Notes under the pieces: generated by a model | What the model was told of the DNA's origin: nothing | What the model saw: the letters and a program-made list of their open reading frames with translations, nothing else | The model's database searches: none | Program-made: the position numbers and the translations under genes | Shown here: positions 25,013 through 38,599 of the stretch, one piece after another | How the letters are laid out: the number at the start of each line of letters is the position of its first letter | Numbering within the stretch: position 1 is the first letter of the stretch | Assembly: GCA_965287045.1 (NCBI GenBank) | Contig: OZ336885.1 | Location: forward strand, 65,658,001-65,722,000 | Source of the DNA: Carcharhinus amblyrhynchos | Lineage: Eukaryota | Length of the DNA stretch: 64,000 nucleotides | Direction: 5' to 3'

Positions 25013-25982
25013 GTAAGTAAACTACAGCATGGTATTTTTACTCAAATTATTGAATAGAATGTCAGCACAGTGTGCAAATGAGCTGAGGGACATCCTCTGC
25101 TGATCAGGCAGAACTATATGAATCCAAACCTAAAATGCACAATGAAGCAGGAAAATCAAATGAATTTCAAATTTTGTTTGGTTTGTTGACAAATGGTAAT
25201 TTCGTACATTGTTTTCGTGCATGTAGATTTCGTTCCATCAACATAACGTTCTTTAGTTAGTTGAGTCTCGCAATGCAGTGTTCCAGTCATTACTTTAATC
25301 ATGATCATATCAAATTACATTCAAAATATTTTTGTTCATGAATTTGTGCAATTATGTTTGCTAACGTGCCTGATAACCCAATAATGATCTCTCTGGGCAC
25401 ATGTTAGTTTGAATTGAAAACAATGTTGAGGTCCACCAAGGGCTAATAATATGGGGGTAGTGATGTTGTATGTTGTCAACCAATCTTGCATCTTGAGCCC
25501 TACCTTCCTGCCTGAGTTTGCAAGCTGTTCATCTTACCAATAGGCAAGGTCAATGGCTCCAGTGTTAAATAGAGCCATTCTGACAAATGCCAAACAAGTA
25601 TGTGAAATGGTCATCCTTCGACACTCCTGCTCAACCAAAAGTTTCAGAAGTTTCAGGCAACCTTTTCAAACAGCATGTGCTGGCTGGCTGTGTGATTGAA
25701 ATAAAGCTGACACCGCGGATTCAGTTATCACAAAATGGATTAATACTAATCGATTGTCATTGGTTACCTTGAATATTTTCCCCCATCTGTCCCCATCGAA
25801 GCTTAATGGTACGGTCAGAAGTCCGTTTAATGATGGATACATGGAGGGAACTAATGAAAACCTTTTACACCTACGCGATCGTGAAGTATTTCGCTGTCAT
25901 CCACCAGAAACTCGCATTTGGAGGGAAGGGGACATCTATTTCAGTAACACATTTGAACTGCTCTGCGTTTTACGTGCAAATA

Positions 25983-26248
25983 AAGTAAAGTGACGTTTAT
26001 TAATCACAGTAAGAGTTACGCTAACATTGCAATGAAGTTACAATTGGACTCCTCTAGTCGGCACACTCCCGCACTCTGTTTGGCTCAATGCACCTAATCA
26101 GCACTCCTTTCCGTCTGGGGAAGGAAACCTGCGCAGACACGGGAGAACGTGCAATCTCCACCCAGAAGTGACCCTACCAGAGAATCGAATCCGGGTCTCT
26201 GGCACTGTGGGGTAGCAGTGGTAACCACGGTGCCAACGTGTCTCCCAC
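25983..26248 (-). mobile_element. HE1-like V-SINE
   Basis: Reverse complement cccacagtgccagagacccggattcgattctc..gcacgttctcccgtgtctgcg. Confidence 0.8.
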
Positions 26249-26909
26249 CTAATGCTCATGTAAATGTCGGCAAAAAAAAACAGCAGTACTGTTGCTCACA
26301 TTGATAGTGACCTCAAGCGTCAGTTGTGCTTCCCATGTTTCGTAATCTCTGAAGCTGTGGATTCAGTTGACTTTGTGAATACCTGACATCGTATAGCAGG
26401 CTGACTCAGCGAATGTTGCATTTTGGCGTTGCTAAACTTCAGGAGAAATATGAAACCATGGCCCTGTTAATCCACACGAGGTGAGCATGTGTGATTTATT
26501 GACAAGATTTCGAAAAGGAGCAAGAAAAGCCACCTTTGATTTTTTTTTCAAATATCTACCTCACAAACAACAATACTAAAACAAATTACCTAGCCATTAG
26601 CATACTTTCTAATGGTATCTTGCACTGCCCAACGTGTCTGCCATATTCAACATCACAACATTAGGAGCACTTTAAACTGCCTCATTGGCTGAAAAATATT
26701 TTGGAGGCTCCTGACATATTGGACACACAAATGCAAGTTATTTCTCTTTTTCTGGTACAAATTTGCTGGGTACTTCTCACGCTAGCTTGAATTGTCATTT
26801 TTTTCTTTCAACCAGGCTAATTTGAAATGCATCGGCCAATCTTCGCTACATGAAAATGCAGCTGCTTGTTAAGCCACTGAAAGACAGGGTGAAATTCCAC
26901 AGCTGGACA

Positions 26910-27222
26910 TCAGGGAGCACAATATTCAGTACCCCTGCCTGGGCCATCTAAGGAGCATTGTTCAGTTCCGAACTCGGATGACTGCCTGTGTCGATATCTG
27001 ACTTTCCCCTATGTCTGCAATGGTTTCCACCGTGTGTTCCATTCTCGCCTCCAGTCTAAAAGTTCACTAGTTAATGTCCATGCAAAATTGACCCGTTCGT
27101 GCCAGGAAGATTAGCAGATTAATTGTTTGAGATAACGGGGATAGGACCTGGGTAATGTAGTTGTCAATGTAGGATTAATGGGATGATGGCCTCCTCGTGA
27201 ACTTTGGAAATCCTATGATTTT
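26910..27222 (+). mobile_element. Degenerate HE1-like SINE
   Basis: atgtctgcaatggtttccaccgtgtgttcc..gatggcctcct..tcctatgatt. Confidence 0.65.
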
Positions 27223-27669
27223 ACTCGAAAAACGAATTTAATAAACTGATAAATACTTAGAAGGAGTGCATGATTGAACACGCGAACTTTTGTGAAGACA
27301 AACCAATGAAAAAGAATACGTACAATATTACTTGGGAAAACGGAACATGAATCGATTGTTCAGGTTTATCACCACGGATTATGTTTTTTTTTCTCTTTAC
27401 TTGTATTAAAGATTGTCCATTTAGTGAGCCACCAATCAATCATTTAGATGCCTTGTTCAAAAGTTCATTTCAGTAGCAGCAAACACTAAAAAAAAACTGT
27501 TATTGGGAATCGACTGAATAATCTATAGTTGTGATGCAAACGTCCTCGAATTCCTTTTATTCTCTTGGGTTTGTATTGCACTTCATCTGAGTATCATTTT
27601 CATTGCCCACATTGGACCACACGGGAAATCAAAGTGATGAATTCCATGATATAAATTTGCGTGGATTTG

Positions 27670-27693
27670 GTGTGTGTGTGTGTGTGTGTGTGT
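27670..27693. repeat. (TG)n microsatellite
   Basis: Direct reading. Confidence 0.95.
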
Positions 27694-28879
27694 GGTGTCT
27701 ATGCGTGTGATGGGGGAAGGGAAGAGGGCTGGATGGGGATGGATGACAGTGGGCTGGAGAGGGACGGCACTGAGGGTCCCACGGTTATGAAGCTTAAAGA
27801 ATAATTAGACTTCCTTTTCAAAACCTCTCCTTAATTACAAGTCGTCCAGGAAACCGCTGTTGATGTATTGGAGTGGATGAGGTCCCGTTCTGTCTTCCAA
27901 TTGCGTGTTTCAGGTGAATAATCTTTCCACGAAATAAGTACTTATCTTCTGCAATGAAATTTTCCAGCATCGTGCCGACGATATCACAGGATGGGCTTCA
28001 GTGGAACACAGCAAGGAAAGGAAAGGAATGTCTATATCTCCGGCTTCATTTCCTAACATGCTGAATTGAGGCCTGTGTAAGAAATTAAGTTTGCTGTTGT
28101 ATCCTAAGGTGTTAAACGATGAGGGTTAAGGATGTGCTGAAACAGATAGAAAAGACAAATCATGAGACTGGCTGATGCTGAAACATGCAGAAAAGAAAAA
28201 CATGAGACTAGCAGACATCCAAGGTCTCCAGCCCAAATAAGAAGCCACCTGGCCTTAAGAAAGATATGTAGCCTGACTAGCAATTCTATCAAGCGTAACC
28301 ACAGTAAATCATTAGGACGAAGAAATAATAAGATGCTGTTTAGACCAAGGACACATAAGATAAGTCCTGGATATATACATATAACTAATTTACTGGACAA
28401 TGATTAAAGCGTTAGCTGAGATAATGGAATAGTAGGGTGTATTGTATTAAGTACGAAACCTTGTTTGTTTCACTGTATAAATATAGCATGGATTTGCTCG
28501 GAAAGTCAGTGTTCAGTCTCGGTGTTGACTGGAGTGGACTCTCCGTGATATCACGAAAAATAAACTCTCCCGAAGCTTGACTCTGAAAGAATCTGCCTGA
28601 GTTATTCTGAGTTAAGGGTTTTTCGTCGACAAGGCCCAAAGCTACCTAAACCATCAGGCACACTTTCCACCACTTGCCGTTTATTACAACACATTCACCA
28701 GTTTTTCGAAGTCGTTTTTCGCGACACCTCTACATATTTTGTCCCTGCCGCCTTCGACACACTGGAAGTTCTTGCTCATTTCGGCGTCTTAGTAATTTAG
28801 GATTATGCTTTGAACTGAATGACCTTCCTCTGAACTGCAGGGATTCACTCAATTGATGGTTTGAGTCACTATTTTTTTT

Positions 28880-30372
28880 AAGAACATAAGAAATAGGAGC
28901 AGGAGTAGGCCATCTGGCCCTTCGAGCCTGCCCCGCCATTCAATAAGATCATGGCTGATCTGTCGTGGCTCAGTTCCACTTTCCGGCCCTCTCCCCATAA
29001 CCCGTAATCCCCTCTCCTATCAAAAACCCATCAACCCGCTTCTTGAAAATATTTAGCGAGGCAGCCTCCACCACTTCAACGGGTAGAGAATTCCAGAGAT
29101 TCACCACCCTTTGAGTGAAGAAGTTCCTCCTCAACTCCGTTCTAAAACGCCCCCCCCCCCTTTATCTTGAGGCTGTGCCCCCTAGTCCTACTGTCTTTTT
29201 TGAGCGGGAAGAGTCTCTCCACCTCTATCCTATCCATCCCATTCATCATCTCATACGTCTCAATGAGATCTCCCCTCATTCTTCTAAACTCCAACGAGTA
29301 CAAGCCTAGTTTATTCAGCCTCTCCTCATAGCCCAACCCCCTCAACTCCGGTATCAGCCTAGTAAACCTCCTCTGCACTCCCTCCAAGGCCAAAATATCT
29401 TTGCGCAGGTGCGGCGCCCAAAACTGCACACAGTACTCCAGCTGCGGCCTCACCAATGCCCTATACAGCTGCAGCAAGACCTCCCAACTTTTATATTCAA
29501 TCCCCTTCGCTATGAAGGCCAGCATCCCATTCGCCTTCCTGACCACCTGCTGCACCTGCAAGCTGGGTTTTTGCGACTCATGCACAAGGACCCCGAGGTT
29601 CCTCTGCACCGTCGCCTGCTGCAGTTTTTCGCCACGTAAGTAATAGTCCTTCCTACCATTCTTCCTACCAAAGTGGACCACCTCAAACTTGCCAACATTA
29701 AATTCCATTTGCCATTTCCTGGCCCATTCGCCCAGCCTATCTAGATCCTTCTGCAGACTCTCCACACACTCCGCACAATTTGCCGTTCCCCCAATCTTGC
29801 TGTCATCCGCAAATTTCGACACCCTACACTCGGTTCCCTCCTCCAGATCATCTATATAAATGGTAAAAAGCTGAGGCCCCAGCACCGACCCCTGGGGCAC
29901 TCCACCAGTCACCATCCGCCAATCCGAATAGCACCCGTTGACCCCCACTCTCTGCATCCTATTTGACAACCAATCCTCTATCCACACTAACACCCTACCC
30001 CCAACTCCAAGCCCCCTGACCTTCTGCAATAACCTCTTATGAGGTACTTTGTCAAACGCTTTCTGAAAATCCAGAAAGACCACATCCACCGGCTCTCCTC
30101 TATCCACCGCCCTAGACACATCCAACTAGAACTCCAGTAAATTTGTCAGACACGACTTCCCTTTAATGAAACCGTGCTGCGTCTGCTCTATCAAGCAATT
30201 CCCTTCATGATGCCTCGCAATTTCCTCCTTAATGACGGATTCTAACATTTTACCTACCACAGACGTTAAACTAACCGGCCTATAATTCCCTGCCTTTTGC
30301 CTGGCACCCTTCTTAAACAACGGCGTAACATTAGCCGTTTTCCAATCTTCCGGCACTTCCCCGGAATCCAGC
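28880..30372 (-). mobile_element. Young 5'-truncated CR1/HER1 LINE with nearly intact RT domain
   Basis: ORFs 30126-30356 and 29142-30125 lie in one frame separated by a single TAG: NYRPVSLTSVVGK..QHGF..FLDFQKAFDKVPH..GVPQGSVLGP..KFADDSK; AAGAACATAAGAA tail at 28880. Confidence 0.98.
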
Positions 30373-30577
30373 GATGAAATTCAGCAACACATTTTCTTCC
30401 CACACTATTCCGCTACTATTTTTGTTCCTACTGAATTCGAAATGCTTCGGGATCCTGAGCTCTATTTCATTCTCGTTTATGAAGTACTATCATCAAGTCA
30501 GAATGCCCAATGCGTTGAGCAATTCTGATACATGTTTTCAATATCACTGTGCTCAAAATGATTCCCCGCACTTTCAC

Positions 30578-30918
30578 ACAATAGAATTCTACAGTGCAGA
30601 AGGAGACGCAGTCGGCACATCGAGTTTACGCCAACCACAATCCCATCCAGACTCTTTTCCCGTAACCCCACACATTTACGCTATCCTGCACCCACCACCA
30701 CCCCCCCTCCTCCAACCCGCCGACACAGAGTGGCGGTTAGCATGGCAAATCTACCTTAACCGCGCACCTGTGACTGTGGGAGGAAACCGGGGTTCCCGAA
30801 GGAAACCCAAGCAGATACAAAGACAACGTGCAATTTCCACACAGACAATAACGCAAGTTTGAAATCGAATCCGAATACCAGGCGCTGTGAAACAGCAGTT
30901 CTACTACAGTGCCGCCCC
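30578..30918 (-). mobile_element. HE1 V-SINE
   Basis: gactgtgggaggaaaccgggg..ggaaaccca..caggcgctgtga..cagtgccgcccc on the + strand. Confidence 0.85.
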
Positions 30919-31254
30919 TGCTAAGTCCAAAGTACTCTTGTCCAATGAAATTAACCTTATGAGTAATGCTTTACTCAGACTGGAATTATGAACAATTAAC
31001 ATGCGCCGTCATTTTTTTATGGTTTGAATTGTTTTGCAGTGTCTATGATTTGAGGAATATCAACGGAATAAATTTTTAAAAAATGCTGGTTCAAATGAAA
31101 ACAGAAGAACACGAAATATGACACGCTAGTGTGATCAAATCTATGGAAGCATTTTGAATCCGACACCTTAAAAACGGGCCTTGGACGTGAAAGTTACATA
31201 AACACATTCATTTAATTTGCCTGTTCATTCCATACCATAAACGCAGAGCTGATG

Positions 31255-32950
31255 AATCACAGAGCACCACACGGCAGAAGAGGCTCTTCGGCCCATCGAG
31301 TAAGCACCACACACAAATACTCCGACCTGCACACCTTATTACAATTGCCAGCGCATTGCCTATAGTCTTGTGTGGTATGATGTGCCATGTACGCACCCAG
31401 GTGCTTTCTAAAGGATGTGAGGCATGCTGCCTCCTCCATCCTACCAGGTAGTGCATTCCAGTTGGTCACCACCGTTTTTCTTCAATCCACCTAAACCTCC
31501 CAGCCCTCACTTTCAACTTCTACCCCCTAGTAAATGGCCCTTCATCTAAGTGCAACAGTCGCTCATTGTCCATGACCCTCATAATCTTGAACACCTCAGT
31601 CATGTCGCCCATCAGTTTTCTCTGCTCCCAAGAAAACGACACAAACCTGTCCAACATCTCTTCATAAGTGAGACATTCCATCGCAGACAGCCTTCTGGTG
31701 AATCTCCAATGCACCTCCTTCAGTGCCTTCATGCCCTTCTTACAACGTGGCGGCCAGAAATGCACTTAGTACTTCCACTGTGGCCTCGTCAAAATACAAC
31801 TCCAACATGGCCTCTCTGCTTTTGCCATGGAAATCCCCACTGATAGAGGTGATTTTGCCGTATGTGTTTTTCACCACTCAATTTTCTTGCCTTTCCACTT
31901 TCAGAGATCTATGGACAAACATGCCAAGTCTCTTTGTTCTTCGGAATTTCCCAGTCTCAGGCCTTTTATAGAATACTTCCTTGTCAAATGACTCCTTCCA
32001 ATGTGCACGACCTCACACTTCTAAGGGTTAAATTCAACCGACCACTTATCCGCCCATTTAACCATCTTGTCTATATCTTCCTGTCACCCAAGACAATTAA
32101 TCACATACATAACCTCGCGGAAAATCATTGTGTTACCGGCAAATATAGTGATCCTAAGCTCCCCCCCACCCCACCCGTCCCCGTCCCCGACGCATAATCA
32201 TGTATGTCATTTATATAAAGACGATCAATAGGGGGCTCAACACGAATCCCTTTGGTACACCACTGGTCACTGGACTCCAGTCAATATAACAACTTCCTGT
32301 CATCACAATCTGTATCCTACCTTTAAGTCAACAGTATGTTTACCTTGTTAGATCAACCTGTATGTCATGTGAATTAGAATGCTTAATAAATCTCCCACGT
32401 GGTACTTTGTCAAAGGCTTTGCTGAAATCCATGCAAGCTGCATCGTCCAAACTACACTCGTCCATATATGAGATTGCATGCTCAAAAAAAATCACTGAGA
32501 TTTGTTAAGCATGGCCTCCTCGTGACAAAACCATGATGATTATCACTAATCAAACCTTGCCTCTCCAAATGGAGATGGATTCTCTCCTTCAGAATCTTTC
32601 CTAGTCATTTCTCAACCTCAGAAGTGAGACTAACTCGTCTGTAGTTCAATGGAGTGCGTCTACAACTTGTCTTAAATAGTGGGACAACATTACCTGAATG
32701 CCAGTTCTCTGGCATCTTCGCGGTCGCCAGGAAGGAATTAAAATTTTGGGTCAGGATCCCGGCAATTCCCTTCCTTGCCTCTGACAACAATCTGGAATAC
32801 AATACACCCGACCTAGAGATGTGTCGACATTTAATCCTGTCAATGTCGTGTCACTGCCTGCGAAAATCTTCTCTTGCACCTTACAATCTTTCTCCTCGAG
32901 TTCTATGATTACTTCTTCATTTTCTTGGGTAAAGACAGATGTGAGGCATG
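31255..32950 (-). mobile_element. Older CR1 LINE (RT to 3' UTR), decayed
   Basis: MPENWHSGNVVPLFK..NYRRVSLTS, HFWPPRCKKGMKALKEVHWRFTR, WNALPGRMEEA. Confidence 0.92.
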
Positions 32951-33408
32951 AGTCACCTTTGGTAGGTTTGTTACATTAACTTGATGGCATGATGTTACAA
33001 ATTCATTTCCAAATATTTAATAAATGAATGTTTGCATCATAATAGTCTTCCATTCATTTCACGCGACAGAGTATAAAATCAACAGTGATCAATCATGGCA
33101 GCCAAGTGCAATTATTGTTAGCTATCAGCTTAAGAAGGAGGCGTTCAAGCTTGTCGGAAAACTAACAACATTGCGGCAGTTTAGAATTCAGCAAATTGAG
33201 GTCATATGATTACCTAAGATTGGAAATATGTAATATGCAAGTAAACTTGCTGGAGACATAGTTAGAAAAAAAAGGAAAACATGCATTTATATGAAGAGGA
33301 TTAAAAATACATTTGTGGAAGACACAGTAAGATCCCGTGTATTACAAGGCGGGAGTTAAAATGGAAACACAGAGATGACAGATGACGTCAAACAAGGATT
33401 CAAGATTG

Positions 33409-33728
33409 GGATGGCACGGTGCAACAGAGGTGAGCACTGCTGCCATATATCGCCTGGGACCAGGGTTTGAACCCTAGATTCGGTCACTAGCAGTTTGGAG
33501 TTTGCACATTCTCCCCTGTCTGTGTGGGTTTCCACCGGGTGCTTCGGTCTCCTTCCACAGTCCAAATAGTCGTGAATTTGATTGTTCGGCCAAGCTAAAA
33601 TGACTCTAGTTTAAGATATTCCAAGGGTAAATATGCTGGTTTACAGGAATATTGCCTGATGGAATTGTTGTCGGTGCAGCTTCAATGGGCCGAATGCCCT
33701 CTTTCTGCATTGTTAGGATTACATCATA
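33409..33728 (+). mobile_element. HE1 V-SINE
   Basis: ggagtttgcacattctcccctgtctgtgtgggtttccaccgggtgcttcgg..ccacagtccaaa. Confidence 0.88.
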
Positions 33729-34974
33729 TGAAAATGTATACTTTACCAAAAATACAATACAAATAATCCTCACGGGAATTCGGGAAGCAAGATGACGTGA
33801 TCGTATTGTGTTAAAGGAAATTAATACACGGAACAGGGGAAACAATGGAGACGATAAAGGAACTGAAAGTGCATAGAGGACGATACTGAACAATTTATAT
33901 AACTAAAAGTGCATCATGAAAGGAATATATGTGCAAGTTGAACTACATGCAAAATTCAAATGATTCTGGAGCAATCCAAATAGCATTGGCAGCGGCATAC
34001 CCATCAATATATTTTTCTGTTTTCATGATTAAGGGAGAAGAATTAACATTTACAGACTTATTGGAGTAACATAAAGTGGAGAATAACCTTTAGCGTCTCT
34101 CATAAATATTGTGATAACTGAACCCTTAGAAAATTGCCATTACGTTCATGATAAATCATGTTAGTGAATGAAAGGAAAAAGTTGTCATTCATGTTCAAGA
34201 ATTTGAGCTTGCAAGTAAGTCATTACCTAACGGAAAACAAAGGTATATGTGAATTTTCAGAAAACATTTGCAAACTCCACGTGGACCGGCGTAATATATA
34301 GCGATTGAGCAGACGTGACCAGCGAAATCAAATTAGTTTCTTTTTTGGACGTGCACCTCAGGGATAAATAATTGTCTCTTGGGTTTTCACAATAAACATG
34401 AACTTTTCTGATGAGGAGATGATTTTATTTTCTAAGGTTGAGGACAGCCTAAACTAGGCAATTTAGGTAAACTGAGAGTTGGAAACGTCAATGGAAAATG
34501 TATATTTCAATGGTTGTGTGTGAAAAAATAATTGGCGTTCGACGATGAGAGTCATGTTGTATAGATTAGATGGTTGTATGTCGGAAAAATATATTCATTT
34601 GCAAAAGGGCCTGTGCTTTCAAACCAACTTCACTGGAGCAATGCATGCCAGTAGAATAACCATTTGAGAAGAATATTGAATTCTGGCTTTCATTGGACAC
34701 GATTAAAATCCAGGTGCAAGGCCTCGTAAAGAAAAACAGCCCAAGCATTCTGTAGAGATGTATTCTAATCCTACAGGACGTATAATTGCTGGAAAAGAAT
34801 TACAGCTGATTTTACCAGATCGCCCGCTGTGTTCTTAATTTGAGTATGGATAAGCGATGTCATGCCACGTTCTGCTTCCGTTTGAAATTTCAGAAAAAAA
34901 ATGCAGTATGGTCAATTTATTTTGTTTGACTCGGCTTGTTTGAGGGGAGTTCATAATAACTTCCATTGCATAAT

Positions 34975-35300
34975 GGGGAGACGCGGTGACACAGTCGATT
35001 GCAATGCTGCCCCGCAACGCCTGTGACCTGTGTTCAATTGCAACAATGGCTGACTGTGTGGAGTTTGCACATTCTCCCCGTGTATTTGAGGGTTTCCTTC
35101 GGAAGCTTGGTTTTCCTCCCGCATTCCAAACATGTGTGGGTTATGTTGATTGGCCAAAGTAAAATGTCCCTCATTTTCAGGGGGCTTAGCATGGTAAATA
35201 AATGGAGTCACGAGGATCGGGCCTGTGTGGGATTGTGCTCGGTGAGACTTGATAGGCTAAGTGACCTCCTTCTTCACTTCATGGATTCTAGAATTCTATA
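34975..35300 (+). mobile_element. HE1 V-SINE
   Basis: gactgtgtggagtttgcacattctccccgtg..gggtttccttcgg. Confidence 0.85.
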
Positions 35301-35654
35301 ATCATTCCAAAATGCGTGTGAACTGATTGGAATCTATAGTGTTCAGAAATGGCAAAATTGGTCAGATATAGGCTGGCTAATTCGAAGTGAGATGAGAGGA
35401 ATCGTTTGGCTGAAAGCCAGGAAAACTGTGGAATTCATAACTATGAAAAACTGTGGCGACAATGAAAGGTCGTCCTATTAATAGCCATGTTGATACTAGA
35501 AACTTAGGACACTGCTGGGACCATCTACCATGATCACGTTGAATATCGGAGCAAGCTCGATTGTGCAACTGACCTAAGATTGGAAACATGTAATATGCAA
35601 GTAAACTTGCTAAAGTCATACTTACATACAGAAACGCATTAATGTATATGAAGA

Positions 35655-36210
35655 ATAGAAATAAGAACATAAGAACATAAGAAATAGGTGCAGGAGTAGA
35701 CCGTGTAGCCCTTCGAGCCTGCCGCGCCATTCAATAAGATCATGGCTGATCTGAAGTGGCTCAGTTCCACTTTCACGCTTTCTCCCCATAACCCTTAATC
35801 CCCTTGCCTACAAAAGCCTATCTACTCGCGTCTTAAATTTATCTAGCGAGGTAGCCTCCACCACTTCAACGGACAGAGAATTCCAGAGATTCACCACCGT
35901 TTGAGTGAAGAAGTTCCGCCTCAACTCTGTTCTAAACTGCTCTCCCACCCCCCCCCCCCCCCCCCACTTATCTGGAGGCTGTGCCCTCTAGTCCTGCTGC
36001 CCTTTCTGAGCGGGAGGAACCTCTCCACCTCTACCCTATCCATCCCTTTCATCATCTTATACGTCTCAATGAGATTCCCCTCATCTTTCTAAACTCTAAC
36101 GAGTAGAAGCCCAGTCTATTCAGCCTCTCCTCATAGCTCAAACCTCTCAACTCCGGTATCAGCCCAGTGAACTTCCTCTGCACTCTCTCCAAGGCCAAAA
36201 TATCCTGGCG
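35655..36210 (-). mobile_element. Young short 5'-truncated CR1/HER1 LINE
   Basis: (AAGAACAT)n tail and 3' UTR closely matching 28880-29400. Confidence 0.95.
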
Positions 36211-37249
36211 ATACATTTATGGAAGACAAACCAAGATTCCTTGTCTTACAAGGCAGGAATTAAAATTGAAACACAGAGGTGACAGATGACTTCAAACAAG
36301 GATTCAAGATTGGGATGGCACGATGGCATAGATGGAAATGTACAAAAACTCACCCAGAACCATGAACTATTGAACATCGACCACATTAACTGTGATGTGA
36401 TTGCTCACGTGTGTTATCAAATTGAGGAGTTGGTCTTGAAAGTATCTCCAAACAGAACTGCCAAACAAAGATCCAACTCAGGGGATTTCAACTCACTGTT
36501 CAGGATTCCATTCCCTCAGATATATGAGTACGCATGAAATGTTCAATTCCTTAACTTTGGCCATGCCGAGAAGACGGCTAATGCATCAAATTTGAGAATT
36601 TCCCATTTTTGGCCAATGCCATGGCGTTTGGAATATTCATTTGTCTTCTCCAGGATGCCGTGACGTGATAAGTGCAATTCAACTGGCTTCTGCACAGAAA
36701 TCGCTTAAGTCGTAGCTTGCTGTTATGTTGCTTTTCTTCAACGGGATGTCCTGGCTACATCCTCCTGCAATCTTGGTAACTGCGTGTTAGTTTTTTCAAT
36801 GAGATTTTTTTACCCTCTCTCTCGCTATTCCCTCCACATTGCTCTTTATAAAGTAACTCAACAAGCTAATATTTAGAAATTCGATCATGTGATCTGATGT
36901 GTCCTCTCTCCTAATCCTGCGTGCAGTTGTGCAAAATAACTACCTTTGTGAGACTCGTTCCAGTTTAATGCATACTGGCACACGACTCTCTAGCAGACAT
37001 ATTCTCGAAAAATCAGTTGCTGAGTCTTCGACTTAAATCAATGTAATATTCACGCTACCTAACAATTTACTGCAATATTGATATATAATGAAAGTGTACA
37101 ATTAAATTTAGTATGTTGTGAAGTTCGATTACTTTTCAAAGGCCCGTTTCCATGATAAAACAAGAGCAATTATTGATAGACTGAACTGAATATAAGAAAA
37201 AAAACGAGGTTTATGATTTTTTATATTTTGTCGGTTCCTCCTTCTTCAG

Positions 37250-37285
37250 AAAAAGACGCATGGAAGATGGATTTGGACTCTTTAA
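37250..37285 (+). CDS. 36-nt phase-1 mini-exon KDAWKMDLDSL
   Basis: ttcctccttcttcag|...tttaa|gtgagt. Confidence 0.7.
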   Translation, partial: KKTHGRWIWTL

Positions 37286-38257
37286 GTGAGTATTTGTCAC
37301 AAAATTATTTAAAGTAGCTACCTATTCACGAACATTCAAAGTCATGCCCTTGTATGACATTCCTCTGGTGACAGTACAGGGCTAAAAATGAGACAGGGTC
37401 ATGCATTTTGTGTGCCCATCAGCAGCAAATCTTATTTTTGAATTCCATATCAGTCTTTCACTTCTGAATAGATGGTTTCGATTTTCACAGATTACGTGTC
37501 CAATACAGTTCAAATCGTCTGATCTAAAGCATACCACCCGATTTTGTGTACCGATTTATACCAACTGACAGCAGTCATCTTGCTCCCACCACAGCTTACG
37601 CAGGTTATGCGAAATTCAGTGTCGCTAATGTGCATTACTGATCAGGGAAGTGTTTGACTGGAAAATACATAATTTTATTCCAAGCAATTATCTTATGATT
37701 TTATGTGGTGTGAACATCAGTGACAAATGAATTACATGTTGCCAATCCAGCGATCGTTGTGAACAAAATGACTGGGCATATCATTTCTGAGCCCATGTTA
37801 AAATGTGGTCAGTGGTTTTCTCAATCGACATGTTGGGCAGATTATAATTTCCTTCAAGAAATTGTAATAACGATTCGGATTTCGTTTTCTTTATTTGATT
37901 TGTTTTTATGAACTTTAATGCTGCTGATGAACACATGAACTCAATTACGCCATTAAGTTGCGCCAGTTTCTGGGCGCTAAAACTTGGTAAAGTAGGGCAT
38001 GAGGCGAGTAGCACGAACTTATATTGACTTAAAGAGCTGCATGCCCACTTTAGTAGCATGCCGTCCTTTACCACTGTGTACGCCAATCCGGAATCGGTGG
38101 GAAACTGACATGCTCCATAGATGTCTGATTCGAATGTCCTATCAGCGAGGGTGAGTGAGGTGGTAAATGCTGAGCATCCGATAGTTCCTTGCTGCTCACG
38201 GGTGTCTTTTCGTTGCGTCCTCTTTCTTTCCAGGGTCTGTGGTGGCTCTGAAAAGGG

Positions 38258-38258
<1 letters not shown>

Positions 38259-38289
<31 letters not shown>
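38259..38289. repeat. (TG)n microsatellite, followed by a G-run at 38351-38365
   Basis: Direct reading. Confidence 0.95.
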
Positions 38290-38290
<1 letters not shown>

Positions 38291-38599
38291 TGCGCGTGCA
38301 CGGAGGGAGGTGGTGGGAGGGAAGGGGTGGGGAGAGAATGTGTGTGGTGTGGGGGGGGGGGGGGGCGAGGCGGGGAGGGCCGTTGCTCAGCAGGGTCTTC
38401 TTCGATGTCCAGCCTGCGGCACGGACCAGGGTCTCAGCACTGACCACGGATCCGCTAGGGCTGCTGGTTCCGACCACATATCGAACTCTTTTTCGTGATG
38501 GATGTGCACAACGCCCTTGCAAATTGCATTTTCGAGCCTCTCAACTTTTCAAGGAGTTGTGATTGTGAATTTTGAAACTCGTTCTTGGTAAGGTTTAAT

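Larger units (their letters stand above)
33211..36323 (+). repeat. Dispersed direct duplication: 33211-33420 versus 35571-35652 plus 36211-36323
   Basis: acctaagattggaaa.atgtaatatgcaagtaaacttgct and gacagatgac.tcaaacaaggattcaagattgggatggcacg occur in both; the second copy is split by a CR1. Confidence 0.93.

Noticed and set aside
26443-26480. Exon-like unit with a strong GAG|GTGAGC donor
   Set aside because: It is 38 nt and closed in phase 1, so it does not fit the symmetric series unless frameshifted.
38068-38562. Cluster of overlapping 60-125 aa ORFs
   Set aside because: They are produced by the (TG)n microsatellite and G-run.
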